From positions 64,232,001 through 64,296,000 of the forward strand of contig NC_043001.1 of NCBI RefSeq assembly GCF_006345805.1: DNA of 64,000 bases. The letters run 5' to 3'. Both the position numbers and the translations under genes were made by a program. Positions 13,040-24,980 of the stretch are shown piece after piece (positions within the stretch are counted from its first letter, which is position 1; each line of letters opens with the position of its first letter). The notes under the pieces are model-generated. The model had not been told where the DNA came from. It did not search any database and worked only from the letters and a program-made list of their open reading frames with translations. This stretch comes from Octopus sinensis (Eukaryota).

Positions 13040-13350
13040 AGTGCTTTTTTATATTTTGATAAGCCCAGTACTTATTCTATCAGTTTCTTCTTGTGAAACC
13101 AGTAAGTTATGGGGATGTAAATAAATGAACACCAGTTGTGAAGCAGTGATGAGGGAGAAACACAAAGACACACACATAGACCTACATATATACATGCAAT
13201 TGATTTCTTTCAGTTTCTGTCTACAAAATCCACTGACAAGGCTTTGGCTGGTCTGAGGCTATAGCAGAAGACACATGCCAAGTTACCACACAGTGGAACT
13301 GAACTGAGGACCATGTGTTTTGGAACCAAGTTTGTTACCACACAGCCACA
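13040..13350 (-). mobile_element. Degenerate tRNA-derived SINE
   Basis: Similarity to 7170-7575 (gaagacacatgccaag, cagtggaactgaac, ccatgtg). Confidence 0.7.
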
Positions 13351-13525
13351 CCTTCACCTATGTATGTGTGTGTGGGTGTATATATGCATGCATGTATATA
13401 TGTGTATATATGCGTACATATTACATGTACATCTATATATATATACATCTAGACATATAGATTGAAACTGAGATCTGCGAGAAGGGCAGGATGATGGTCC
13501 TACCAACGGTCATCTCAATGAGCAG

Positions 13526-14578
13526 TTGCTGTTGCTCAAACAAGAGGTCGAGCACCTAAAGTCTGTTGTTGCTCATTTACTGAATAAACAGTCTCCTATT
13601 GACGCAGAGCCACTCTTGATTTCTTCCCTGGAGACGTCCAAACCGAAGGGAACAAAATCGAAGCGGCCAAAGAAGGCGAAGGAACCGGCGGTCGTTTCCG
13701 CACATGATTGTTCCTGTGCGGATTCTTCCTCATCTGCCTTTTCAGTCCCGGAGGTTCCCCAACCTAATTTGAGGAGCGTAGACTCAAACCCACCTGAAGA
13801 CCGTTGTTCTCCCAAAAAGAAGAAACATAGTCAAAACTCCAGTGGGGCAGATTTAGCTACGAAACCTGCTCACAATAAAATCTGTTTGGATTCTCCCTCA
13901 CTTGTCCTTCCCATTAATGCCATTGCTCAACCAATTCTGAACGATCTTGATGTGAGTTCATCTGGGGAGTGGTCCTCCCCCAAACCGAAGAAGAGGCAGT
14001 GCAGTTCCAAACCAGGCGGGAAAGTTATGACCACTAAACCCATTCTGATCGACCCCAAAGGCCGACATAAGTCTGATGGCTATGAAACCACCCTTTCGAA
14101 ATCATCCAACGAAGAATCGAATGCCACAGCTCATAGTAGAGAACAGAAAGACCATTTTGCCCACTCAAGATCAGCAATCATTTATGGTAAAGCTGAATCC
14201 ACCTGTGATACAGGCATAAACCGCCTAAAAGAAGACATAAGTTTTGTTTCCGTTTTAGTTGGAGAATTGTTCTCTGTCAACGAAAATGTCAGTATCCATA
14301 AGGTCGCTTGGCTAGGAAGATTCCAAGCGAACTCAACCTCAGACACAAGACCACGCCCAATAAGAGTAATCTTTTCTTCCAATCAGGAGGCTTCAACCTT
14401 TCTGAACAGAGCTCAGATGCATGCCTGGGAGGACCCCAATATGGGTTTTTGCGAGGAATACTCACTGAGAGAGAGAATTCGCCGGAGAAACCTAATATCC
14501 AAACTGAAGATGAGAAAACAGATGGGAGAGAAGGGTTTACACATCCAAGATGGACAAATAATCAAGTCCTACCTCTGA
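13526..14578 (+). CDS. ORF1 of a CR1-like LINE
   Basis: 350-aa open frame; C-terminal AIIYGKAES..RLG..RPRPIRVIF..E(D)YS..ER..RR..L..L pattern typical of CR1/L2 ORF1; lies directly upstream of ORF2. Confidence 0.75.
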   Translation: MLLLKQEVEHLKSVVAHLLNKQSPIDAEPLLISSLETSKPKGTKSKRPKKAKEPAVVSAHDCSCADSSSSAFSVPEVPQPNLRSVDSNPPEDRCSPKKKKHSQNSSGADLATKPAHNKICLDSPSLVLPINAIAQPILNDLDVSSSGEWSSPKPKKRQCSSKPGGKVMTTKPILIDPKGRHKSDGYETTLSKSSNEESNATAHSREQKDHFAHSRSAIIYGKAESTCDTGINRLKEDISFVSVLVGELFSVNENVSIHKVAWLGRFQANSTSDTRPRPIRVIFSSNQEASTFLNRAQMHAWEDPNMGFCEEYSLRERIRRRNLISKLKMRKQMGEKGLHIQDGQIIKSYL

Positions 14579-14599
14579 TCGCATGCTGTAGTGCTGACA

Positions 14600-17445
14600 G
14601 GGAAAGTGAATTGAGGGCAAATCGAAGTAAATTAGATACCCCCGTCAACGATGCTATCTCTGATACCCCTTATTCTGCTTGTTCCCCAACTCCCGCCCCT
14701 CAAACTTCACAGCTCAGCATCGTCTATACCAACTCGTGCTCCTTATTTCCAAAGTTCAGCGAACTATTTACACTAGCCATGCGTGATTCCCCTGATGTGA
14801 TAGCTATCACTGAGACTTGGCTGACTCCAGCAGTAAAGGACTCAGAAATCCACCTACAGGGCTACGCCCTCTTCAGATGTGACAGAGAAAAAAGGTGAGG
14901 TGGAGGTGTTGCTGTGTATGTTAAATCTGATCTCAAACCATCCAGCGGTATTCTACCCACTAATGCTCAACCTACAACAAAATTCAATGCCGTCTATTGC
15001 AAGCTGAGCCTATCCGGGTTTTGCCTGCACGTGTTAGTTGTCTACAGGCCGCCTCTTGCTGACCCCCAGGACGATGCTCATTTACTCGAAGCGATAAGAT
15101 TCGTTTCAGCTTCTCATGACTGTTTGATATTAGGAGACTTCAACGCTCCCACGATCGATTGGCCCGCATCAATTTGTACATCATCTTCCTGGTTCGGCCA
15201 GGCCCTTCTTGACGTGGCTGAAGATTGTTTTCTATCGCAACATGTTGAATATCCGACAAGGCATCGGTCTGGGCAGCAGCCATCTATGCTGGATCTGGTA
15301 TTCTCCCGCTATCCAAGATCAGTCTCAGACGTATCTGTGTGCGCCTCTCTTGCCAAGAGTGATCATGCGGTCCTGAAGTTCGTCATGCACACAACTTTTT
15401 CTACACCCACGACTACTTTGCTGCCACGTAGAGTCTTCTCTGCAATTAATCTCGAAATTCTAACCGAGGCTTCTGCGCTTCTGGACTGGCGATCCCTGAT
15501 GACGTTGTCCTCAGTTGACGAACTATGGTCATCCCTCAAAGCATATGTAATCTGGTTGACTGACCAAGCAGTTCCCGTTGGGCTTCCCAAGAAGAAGAAA
15601 CACAAGCCCTGGGTGACGAAGAAGGTTAAACGAGAACTTCAACTCAGAGATATTGGTTGGGCTGAATTCAAAAATCTGGATTCGATTGCAGCTTTTGAGG
15701 TACACAAAACTCAACGAGACCGGGCCGTGAAAATTGAAAAGGAAGAACGCTTCAGATATGAATACAAAATCGCGGCAAACGCCAGTAGCAATCCAAAAAC
15801 CTTCTTTGCCCATGTCCAACGGAATTCCCGCTTGAACAACCAAATTGCAACATTGGTAGACTCAACAGGCGTATCGATTGAGGACCCTTATCAACAGAGT
15901 CAATTATTTGCCGAGGCTTTTTCAACTATTTTCAAACAAGATGATGGTCGTGAACCCCCTCCATTTGATAGATCAGTACCTCCAATGCTTCGATTGGTCA
16001 TCACGCGGGACGAAGTCGAACGCATTATTCAAGGCCTCGATGTCAACAAGGGTCATGGCCCTGACGGCATACACCCATGGGTTATCAAAGCGTTGGCTCT
16101 GGTCATCTGCGAGCCCTTAACACGTCTATTCAATATGTCATTGGCGAAAGGGAGCCGCAAAGACCTGCTTAACTACCGACCAGTTTCCCTTACATCAATA
16201 ATCAGCAAGATGTTCGAAACCATCCTTAAGAAAAGTATGATGCTCCACCTCCAAAACACAGCCTCTATCTCTGATTCCCAACATGGCTTCATGCCAAAGA
16301 GATCATGCTTGTTCAACTTACTGGTAATGGAAGAATTGGTGACGCGCATCCTCGATGATAGTGACACTGTTGACATCGTTTTATTGGACTTTGCCAAAGC
16401 TTTTGACTCGGTAAACCACCGCCTATTACTTGTCAAGCGTCGAGCATATAGTTTCCATTCGGATATTGTATGATGGGTTGGCGCCTTCCTCTCAGATCGC
16501 TCCTTCCAAGTCCAAGTTAATGGTTCGCGGTCCAACGTCTCCAGTGCAAGCAGTGGCGTGCCTCAAGGTTCAGTGCTTGGGCCCTTATTGTTCTTAGTCT
16601 TCATAAATGACTTGCCCGATGACCTCACGCAACACACCCTTCTATTTGCCAACGATGTCAAACTGGTCGCTCCTCGCGGTGATATAGAGGATCTTCGTCG
16701 ATGCCTCCACCAAATTTGGAGATGGTCTAACAAATGGGACCTGTGTCTCAACGTGTCAAAGTGCTGTCATCTGCCTATTGGCTCTCCTCCTGCAACTCAA
16801 CTTGATTTTGAGCCGGGTCGTCTGCTGCTGGAGAGGACCGATCAGGTAAAGGACCTGGGTATCTTGGTGGATTCCTCCTTTTCGCCTTCGGCCCAGTGCG
16901 TCCATGCTGCCAACAAAGCACGCGAAATTCTGTTCTTGATTCGACGGTCATTCGGAATGCTCACAGCAGCCATATTCCTACCGCTCTCTGTCACGCTGGT
17001 GAGACCCATATTGGCATACGGGATTCAAGCCTCTTCTCCTTATCTCCTCAAAGACATACTGCATCTCGAAAGAGTCCAGAAGCTGGCTACCCGCATGGTT
17101 CTTGGTCTCAAGAATTTGTCTTATGAAGAAAGGCTGAAGACGCTCGACCTTTATTCTCTAGAAAAACGACGACGCCGTGGAGATCTCATTCTTGCTCACA
17201 ACATCATAAGCGGAAAGTGTAACCTCTCGAAAGAGCTGTTCTTCACTCATGCTCCAGAGCGTCGGCTGCGGGGTCATTCCGAAAAGCTCTATCTGCAACG
17301 ATTTCATCTCAATCGAAGGAGAGGGGCTTTCTCCGTCCAGGTTGCGGATCCGTGGAATAAGCTGCCAGACAAGATGGTGAAGATGCCGACGACCGCTCGG
17401 TTCAAAGTCTCCCTTGACCTCAAGTGGCCTGAACTCTTTACATGA
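14600..17445 (+). pseudogene. ORF2 (APE endonuclease + RT) of a CR1-like LINE, with stops, frameshifts and a small deletion
   Basis: IAITETWL, LILGDFNAP, LDLVF, SDHAVL, NYRPVSLTS, QHGF, LDFAKAFDSVNH, PQGSVLGPLLF, FANDVKL, KDLGILVD, LERVQKLATR, RRRGDLI; (taac)n-like tail near 17515. Confidence 0.92.
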
Positions 17446-17605
17446 ACACCACCCTGTACATAACTCCATGTCCCCCTACATGGCCTTGCTTTTTGCTTTT
17501 TGAGCCAAAAAATTAACTAACTAACATACATGTATATCTATAGAAATACATCTATACATATACAGCTATACACATACATGTATACATATACAGCTATATA
17601 TATAC

Positions 17606-17649
<44 letters not shown>

Positions 17650-17694
17650 AGTAAAGAAACACCGTTTTGACCCTGTGCTCGAGGAGATCCATTG

Positions 17695-18126
17695 AGTCAA
17701 GGACACCAACATCAAAAATCAATGGAAACTGCAGTTGTGATCCCTGTGCCGGTGGCAAGTAGAAAGCACCATCCGAATGTGGCCGATACCAGCACCGCCT
17801 AGAGTGGCTTCCGTGCTGGTGGCACATAAAAAGCACCATCCGAACGTGGCCGATGCCAGCGCCACTCTGACTGGCCTCCGTGCCGGTGGCACGTAAAAAG
17901 CACCAATCCAATCATGGCCGTTGCCAGCCTCGCCTGGCACCTGTGCCGGTGGCAGATAAAAAGCACCCACTACACTCACGGCGTGGTTGGCGTTAGGAAG
18001 GGCATCCAGCGGTAGAAACACTGCCAGATCAGGCTGTAGCCTGGTGCAGCCTTCTGACTTCCCAGATCCCCGGTCGAACAGTCCAACCCATGCTAGCATG
18101 GAGAACGGACGTTAAATGATGATGAT
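17695..18126 (+). mobile_element. RTE LINE 3' UTR fragment with (GAT)n tail
   Basis: Reverse complement of the 3' UTR at 2258-2700. Confidence 0.85.
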
Positions 18127-18499
18127 ATATATATATATATATATATATACATCCATATACATACAATAGAGAGATGTTTTTGTTTCACTTTTAACACATA
18201 ATACTGAAATAGTGGAGAAGATATGATATTGCTGTGGGCTCGCCCTAAGCAAGAAGTTTAACATTTTTTTGCTGATGACACTCCCCGGACCCTAAGTAAG
18301 GCATGTGTAAAATTTGAATGAAATTGGTTGTGTAGTTCTCAAGTTTTAGGGAAACACATAGACAGACAGACAGACACACATTCTCAGTTTTATGTATATA
18401 GATATAATAAAAGTTAATAAAATAAAATAGAAATTAATAATCTTATATTTATTTTGTAAACAAATAATACAATATTACATATGCATTTTATAATGTTTC

Positions 18500-19777
18500 T
18501 TTTTTTTTCTGAAACTCGCTGCATACCAGCAGCTGATGGCTTGCAGACTGGCAGTGGTCCACGGACCACCACTTTGAGTAGCTCTGCCTTACAGGACATC
18601 AGAGGCAACAATAAGTCTATGGAAGGAGTTATATTAGTATTATCAGGAGACTTCAGACAGACATTACCAGTCATTCTAAGATGAACAAGATCTGATGAAA
18701 TAAAAGCATGCATTAAGTCTCCACACCTATGGAATAAAGTACTGAAATTCTCCTTCAATACTAACATGTGAGCTTTATTACATGGGGACCAATGTACAAA
18801 ACAGTTTTCAATCTGGCTCCTCCAATTAGGAAATGAGAAAGTACCATTTGATGGGAACGATGAGATCAGTTTGGCTCATATTGCTATCCTGGTGAATTCC
18901 CCAGTTGAATTGAAGAACTTTCCAGACTTAATCAATAATTATAATTCACATAAATGGTTGTGTGAAAGGGCAATTCTTGCTCCAAAAAATGAGACAGTAG
19001 CAAAGATTAACCATGAATTAATTAATAAGATTCCAACAGTTGATTCAGTCCTTGATGAAAATAAAGCTGTCCATTACCCAACAGAGTTCCCTTGAGCCAC
19101 CTGGAACTCCTCTACATAAATTTTTTCTGAAGGTCAGAGTCCCAATAGTGCTTCTAAGAAATTTAGATCCTCCTAAATTATGCAATAGGACAAGGTTGAT
19201 TGTGAAGACATTATCACCTAATGTGACAGAAGCTACAATCATCACTGGATGTGTCTCTGGGGAAGAAGTTTTCATACAAGAATTCCAATCAAACCAACAG
19301 ATGTACCATTTGAGTTCAAACGAACGTAATTCCCAGTGTGACTTTGCTTTGCAAAGTCTATTAATAAAGCTCAAAGTCAGCCTTTGAAATCTACTGACTT
19401 GCTTTGCTCATGGTCAACTTTATGTTGGTGGCTCCAGGGTAGGTAATTTGCAAGACTTATTTGTCTGTGCTCTAAACCAGAAAACAAAGAATGTTGTTTA
19501 CCCAGAAGTTCGTATGTAATTTCCTTCAACATATGTCGTAGAATTTATCTCCTCTCATAAAAGTGGTAAATTTTGTATTTTTGTTTTTTATTATTATTAT
19601 TATTATTATTATCATCATCATTATCATTATTATTATTATTAGTAATTCAGAATTGATTTCCCAATTAAAGAATAAACTGAATTTAGAATAACAAATTTCT
19701 ATACAACATATTTTGCTTTTTTCTTCTAATATATATGGAAAAATTTAATTCACGGGCAATGCTGGGTGCCCCTGCTA

Positions 19778-19778
<1 letters not shown>
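18500..19778 (+). mobile_element. Helitron 3' remnant (PIF1-family helicase C-terminus and 3' terminus)
   Basis: VLSGDFRQTLPVI, WLCERAILAPKN, PIVLLRNLDPPKLCNRTRL, HGQLYV; hairpin gggca..tgccc followed by CTAG at 19775-19778. Confidence 0.88.
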
Positions 19779-19824
<46 letters not shown>

Positions 19825-19854
19825 TATGTATATATACATATATATATGTATATA

Positions 19855-20155
19855 TGTGGAGATGCAATGGCCCAGTGGTTAGGGCAGCAGATTCACAGTC
19901 GTAGGATTGTGGTTTCGATTCCCACACTGGGCGTTATGAGTGTTTATTGAGCGAAAACATGTAAAACTCCACGAGGCTCTAGCAGTGGGTGGTGGCAATC
20001 CCTGCTGTAATCTTTCACCACAACTTTCTCTCTTTCTTCTGTTGGCCCGCTCGCTTAGCCAGCGGGGTGACATTATTTGAAGGCTAAAACAATGCGAAGC
20101 GCATTGTGACCAGCGATGTGTAGCAACATCTGATAGCCTGGTTGGTCTCGTGATA
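19855..20155 (+). mobile_element. tRNA-derived SINE (second family)
   Basis: tggcccagtggttagggcagcagattcac..ggtttcgattccc resembles tRNA A/B boxes; unrelated body follows. Confidence 0.75.
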
Positions 20156-20169
20156 TATAGTTGGAATTT

Positions 20170-21870
20170 ACAAAAAACAAAAGACGAAGACACATGTGTA
20201 AACAACAAACAGGTGTATTAGTTTAATGCTTGGGAAGGTGAGAAGGTCTTTTACGTTTCAAGCCTACACTCTTCAACAGAAAGGAACACAAGAAAATAAA
20301 CAGAGAGAGAATAAAAAAAGAAAGCTTTAGTAGCTAGTGGTCAATCATGACAATAGCTGGACAGACAGAAGAGCTAGGAAGAACGGGACAAAATAGTGCA
20401 GATCTCAAAATGAAGGTGCGCATGCGTATGTGAGAGCGTGTATGTGCATGTGGTTAGGGGCTGGTGACCTTGATGTGTGAGCGTGTGCATGTCTAGGTGT
20501 GTGGATGGTGGTGTGGTTGCTGGGAAGTGGTCAGTGCTGGTATGTGCGGGGTGGTGTGTTGTGTGTGGGGGATGGAAGGGATGGGGTAGGATGTTTAGGG
20601 TGGGGTGATGATGAAGGGAGAGGGTGTAAGGGTAGGTAGGAGTGAAGAGAGGAAGTAGGTGTCAGAACAAGAGTGGAGAGGAGAGGTGGGTAGAAGTGAA
20701 GAGAGGAAGTAAGTGTGAGAGGAAGAGAGGAGGGAGTTAGATGAAGAGGGGAAGGGAGTTGAGCTCATGTGATGCAAAGGAGCAAAGAGAGAAGATTAAT
20801 CCCTGTTCACGGCGAAGACGGGAGTACAGATGGCCCCTGTGCAAGGACAATCTGAACACAGACAGGTGTTGTAAAGAATGACTGGTAGAGCAGTAATGGC
20901 ATGAGACTGGGGTGTTGTTGCCGAGTCTGATGTCTCGGAGGTGTTCCACAAACCAGTCAGCCAAGCGGTGTCCCATCTGACCGATGTACAGCGAAGGACA
21001 GATAGAGCTGGAGATGCAGTAAATGACATTGCTAGAAGTGCAGGTGAAGGAGACAGTGATATGATAGGGTCGATGATGGGTGCCTGTGAAGATGGTGGTG
21101 TTGGAGAGGTAGGGGCAAGTGCAGCAGTGTGGGCAGGAGCAGGGGAATGAGCTGGGTTAGGAGGTGGGGTTAAGGAAGAAACTGTGCACCAGGAAGTCAC
21201 ATAGGTTGTGGGCTCATTTGAAGGAGGGGTAGGCTAAGGAAGACGAAGTGGCGGGGTCGGACTGGAGTCACCGGAAGGCTCGGAGAATGGTGCATTGGAG
21301 ATGTTGGGTGGAAGGGTGGTAGGTGAGGGGAAATGGGAGATGGGTGACGGCAGGACAGATGCATGGTCCATGGAACGTGCTCTGGCAAGGGCGGTGTGGA
21401 TAGTGGTGAGGGGACATCTACGAAGGATGAAGTGGTGAGCCATGAGTTGAAATGGAATCTCAAAGTCATGATTGTCACTGCAGAGCCTGCACAGATGAAG
21501 GAATTGGGAGTAGGGGATGGAGAGCTTAGTGTGTTTAGGGTGGGAGGAGGAAAAGTTGAGGCATGTTAGTCGGTGTTTTTGTAGTGGATGGAGGTGGTGA
21601 GAGTGGAGTGATGAATGCTGACCGAAATGTCAAGAAAGGCGATAGAAGTGTCGGAAATAGTGCAGGAGAATTTGAGGGCAGGATGGAAAGATTTGACAAA
21701 AGAGAGGAAGGAGTCTAGTTTTTCGCAGGAGAGTGAGGTCACACCGATACAGTCGTCAATATAATGACCGTACAGTTCAGGAGTGGGACCAGTGAATCTT
21801 GAGAATATTCGAGCCTCAATGTAGCCAATGAACAGGTTCACATAGTTGGGGACCATTCTCATTCCCATAT
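20170..21870 (-). mobile_element. Penelope-like element 3' portion (RT C-terminal half, GIY-YIG endonuclease, 3' repeat)
   Basis: GHYIDDCIG..FLDISV (21566-22078 frame), VGHRLADWFVEHLRDIR..EQGLIFSL (20737-20976); hammerhead-like motif at 20246-20285. Confidence 0.85.
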
Positions 21871-22249
21871 GTGAGTGTGTGTGTGTGTATGTATGTATAG
21901 TAAAAAAGTGGAGAAAAAACAAACAAAGGTGAGGATGTAGCACAAGTAATGATGTATTAATATGACGCTCTGTGAAAGAAGAGAGTTGTTTTACGTTTTG
22001 AGTATAGCTCTTTGATGGAGACAAGAAAAACAGGAAAGTCCAAAGAGAAAGAAGGAAGAATGCTGGGAAAATCACCAACAGTCCACGTGTGGTTACATTT
22101 CTGAAGTGACCAGAAGTAGGAGAAAAAGTGCTTTCTGGGACAAGAGAGTGTGAAGATGATCAGTATGTATGTATGTGTGTGTGTGTGTGTGTGTGGTAGC
22201 AGGTGTATGTATGGTAGCGTGTGTGTATGCATATTATTATACATATTAA

Positions 22250-23850
22250 GCAGAGCATAAACTATAGAAAAATTGCATGTACTTACTCTTTATTGAATAT
22301 ATGAAGCAAAATTATCAATCAGAAACATGCGCTTCATGTTTTTTGGAACGTTTTCAATACTGGGACGTATTTGAGATGCAATGAAGCCTCTCTCTTTTTT
22401 TGGATTTGATGTTATTGAGGGTTGAAAAATCTCAACTGACATAAATACAATAAAAATAATTGCATCAAAATGGATAAAGCTGTTTTTGCTACTGAGGGGT
22501 ATTCTCCTATAAGAGCAATCCAAAATGTATAAAAAGGTAACTCAGCATAATTGATTTTAAGTCTGCGTTCACTGGATATAGATGCCAATTCCTCTTCTTC
22601 ACATATTTTCAGACCAATATTAGATGAAATTTTTATGAAGAGATTTTGTACCCAATTATACTCTTCTGTGTTCAATGACGGAAAATAAGTTTATTTCTTC
22701 TTCCAGATCTGTCAAATATTCAAATACAATAGAAATAATTTCTTTTATGCCGCTTTTATGTATTAAGGGAAACATTTCGAAGTTACCACTCCCAGCTCTA
22801 TTTTTCCTGATTGCAACTTTCTGTTGAAGTGAGAATGTTTTCATTTCTACCTTTCATACCTGTGTTGGCGTTATTAAGCAAATATCTCTGCAAAATATTC
22901 CAGCTTGGAAACCAAAATTTCATATTGTAGATATTCCAAGAAGCGTTCATGTTTTTCTTCTTTAAAAAATGCTTGCAATTCCTTCTGGAGTTCATGTATG
23001 CAACGTAGCATCTTACCTTTTGAAAGCCATTTGACTGTTGTGTGTAAATGTAAGCGCTTGTGCTGGGAATCCATATCAATACAAATTTGTTCAAATAAGC
23101 GACATTTCAACAGCCCCTTTTTAATATAATTAACAATTTAATACTTGCTTTAACTCAACTGGTGTTGTTTTTGAAACTAATACCCTACTATGTAGGAAGC
23201 AATGAATATGTATAACATTAGGATTTTTCTGTTGTATGAACAATACAAAACCTTTAATAAAGCCTATCATAGATGGTGCCCCATTGGTACATATTCCAAC
23301 ACATGAACTGGATAGATTCCATTTTTCGAGGCAAGCAGATAAAATGTTGAAAATATTTTGACCTCTTGTAGTGGGTGGCATTTCTTTGCAACAAAAGAAC
23401 TGATTTATGATTTGGTTACCATCAATAAAGTGAATAAATGTAATTGTGCTTTGTTGCTCCTATGGATTGTATTATTTGAGAGCAGAATCTTGCTTTTTCT
23501 TGCTCAGCTTCATCACTCAATATGGTTTTAACCATCTTTCTACAAGTGGGTAAGATAATCGGCTCGGCTAAAGTATGCAATTTCGTTTGTAGTGCAACCA
23601 TTTTGGTTATCTCAATAGATGCTGCTTGAGCCTTTTCAGAAGCATTCATCCTTTTTTGAAAATAGTTTCTATGTTTCTAGCAGTCTTTGGAAATAATTCA
23701 GATCTTTACATTGAAGATGTGAATGTTTAGGCGTAAAATGTCTTTTCAACTTGCTGGGCAACATGCCTTCGTTAGACATCTTTTCACCACAAACAACACA
23801 GAGCGGAAGAGGTCGATCCTCTTTGCCAGTCCAATGAAACCCACACTTGA
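22250..23850 (-). pseudogene. Degenerate hAT (Buster/Charlie-like) transposase
   Basis: BED-like VCGEKMSNEGMLPSKLKRHF, LHTLAEPIILPTC, GICTNGAPSMIG, HIHCFLH, VKWLSKGK, FWIAL..EYPSVAK. Confidence 0.85.
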
Positions 23851-24824
23851 AATAGCTATGGCAATATTTACGATTAGGTCAAGCTTTTGCATTATTGTCA
23901 CTACGCTTAATTGCTTTTGACGAACATTCACTTTCAGATTCATAATCGTCACAGTTATGTTTTCTCTTAATAAGCTTTTCCATTTTATAAGTAAATTAGT
24001 TTGTTAATATGAATTGTCTCACACAAAAAGCACAGATCACTAACAGAGTCAAACTGAGACTGAGACAAGTGACCAGTGAGCTGTGAAAAGTGGCAGTGTG
24101 ACGCATATTATTGGACTCTTTTGAGAAGTCTTGCAAAATTAATTGAAAAGATGAAAATTCTCGTCACTATATGAATGAAAAAAATTGAAATAGAGCCTCA
24201 ATACATGAGGATGTATTAAAAGATTGAGTTTAATGTTGTATATTTCAATAGCTTATTTTTCAAATTTAGTATTGAAATGAAAACTACTGAAGCTATGACT
24301 GAAATCAACTGAAACATAGTCGTGCACTGAATATGTCCATAAGACATCAATTTAGAGGATAGATTGATGCTAATGTAGTTCTTATCCATATAAAGTTTCA
24401 GATTCAAAATTGAATAAAACTGTCATACCATAATTAGCCTAAATGTATTGAATGGCACAACCACCTTTCATTCTTAGTTTAGAATTTCGATTTGTATTTT
24501 TCATATTTTGAAATATAATCTTACTTTTTCGAGAGGCACCTAAGAGGCAAAGATGAAAAGGCTGAATCTGTTTCTGTTTTGCCCTTATATAAAGTTTGCC
24601 ATCACGAGCCTCGTTGTGGTCTTGCACATGGTAAATGGATGCAAGTGAGGTCTTGCTCCAGTCTCAGAGATGGCAATGGCTGCCACGAGATCTCATCCAA
24701 TATGGCGCTGACTGCTTGTGCTACTACAAGGACTCCCCCCCCAGAGTGTGACAGTGTGAAAACAGAATAATTGGAGCAGGCACAAGAAAGAACAAAGATG
24801 GTAACTGATCACAACCAACAAGAT

Positions 24825-24980
24825 CATCATCATCATCATCATCGTTTAACATCCGTTTTCCGTGCTAGCACGGGTTGGACGGTTTGACTGGGGTCTGGGA
24901 AGCCAGGGGCTGCACCAGGCTCCAGTCTGATCTGGCAGTGTTTCTACAGCTGGATGCCCTTCCTAACGCCAACCACTCCG
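24825..24980 (-). mobile_element. 156-bp RTE 3' tail inserted in the Gypsy element with a 6-bp TSD
   Basis: CAAGAT at 24819-24824 and 24981-24986 flanks the RTE tail. Confidence 0.85.

Noticed and set aside
22250-23850. Domesticated ZBED/SCAND-type host gene
   Set aside because: Many stops and frameshifts; consistent with a dead hAT copy
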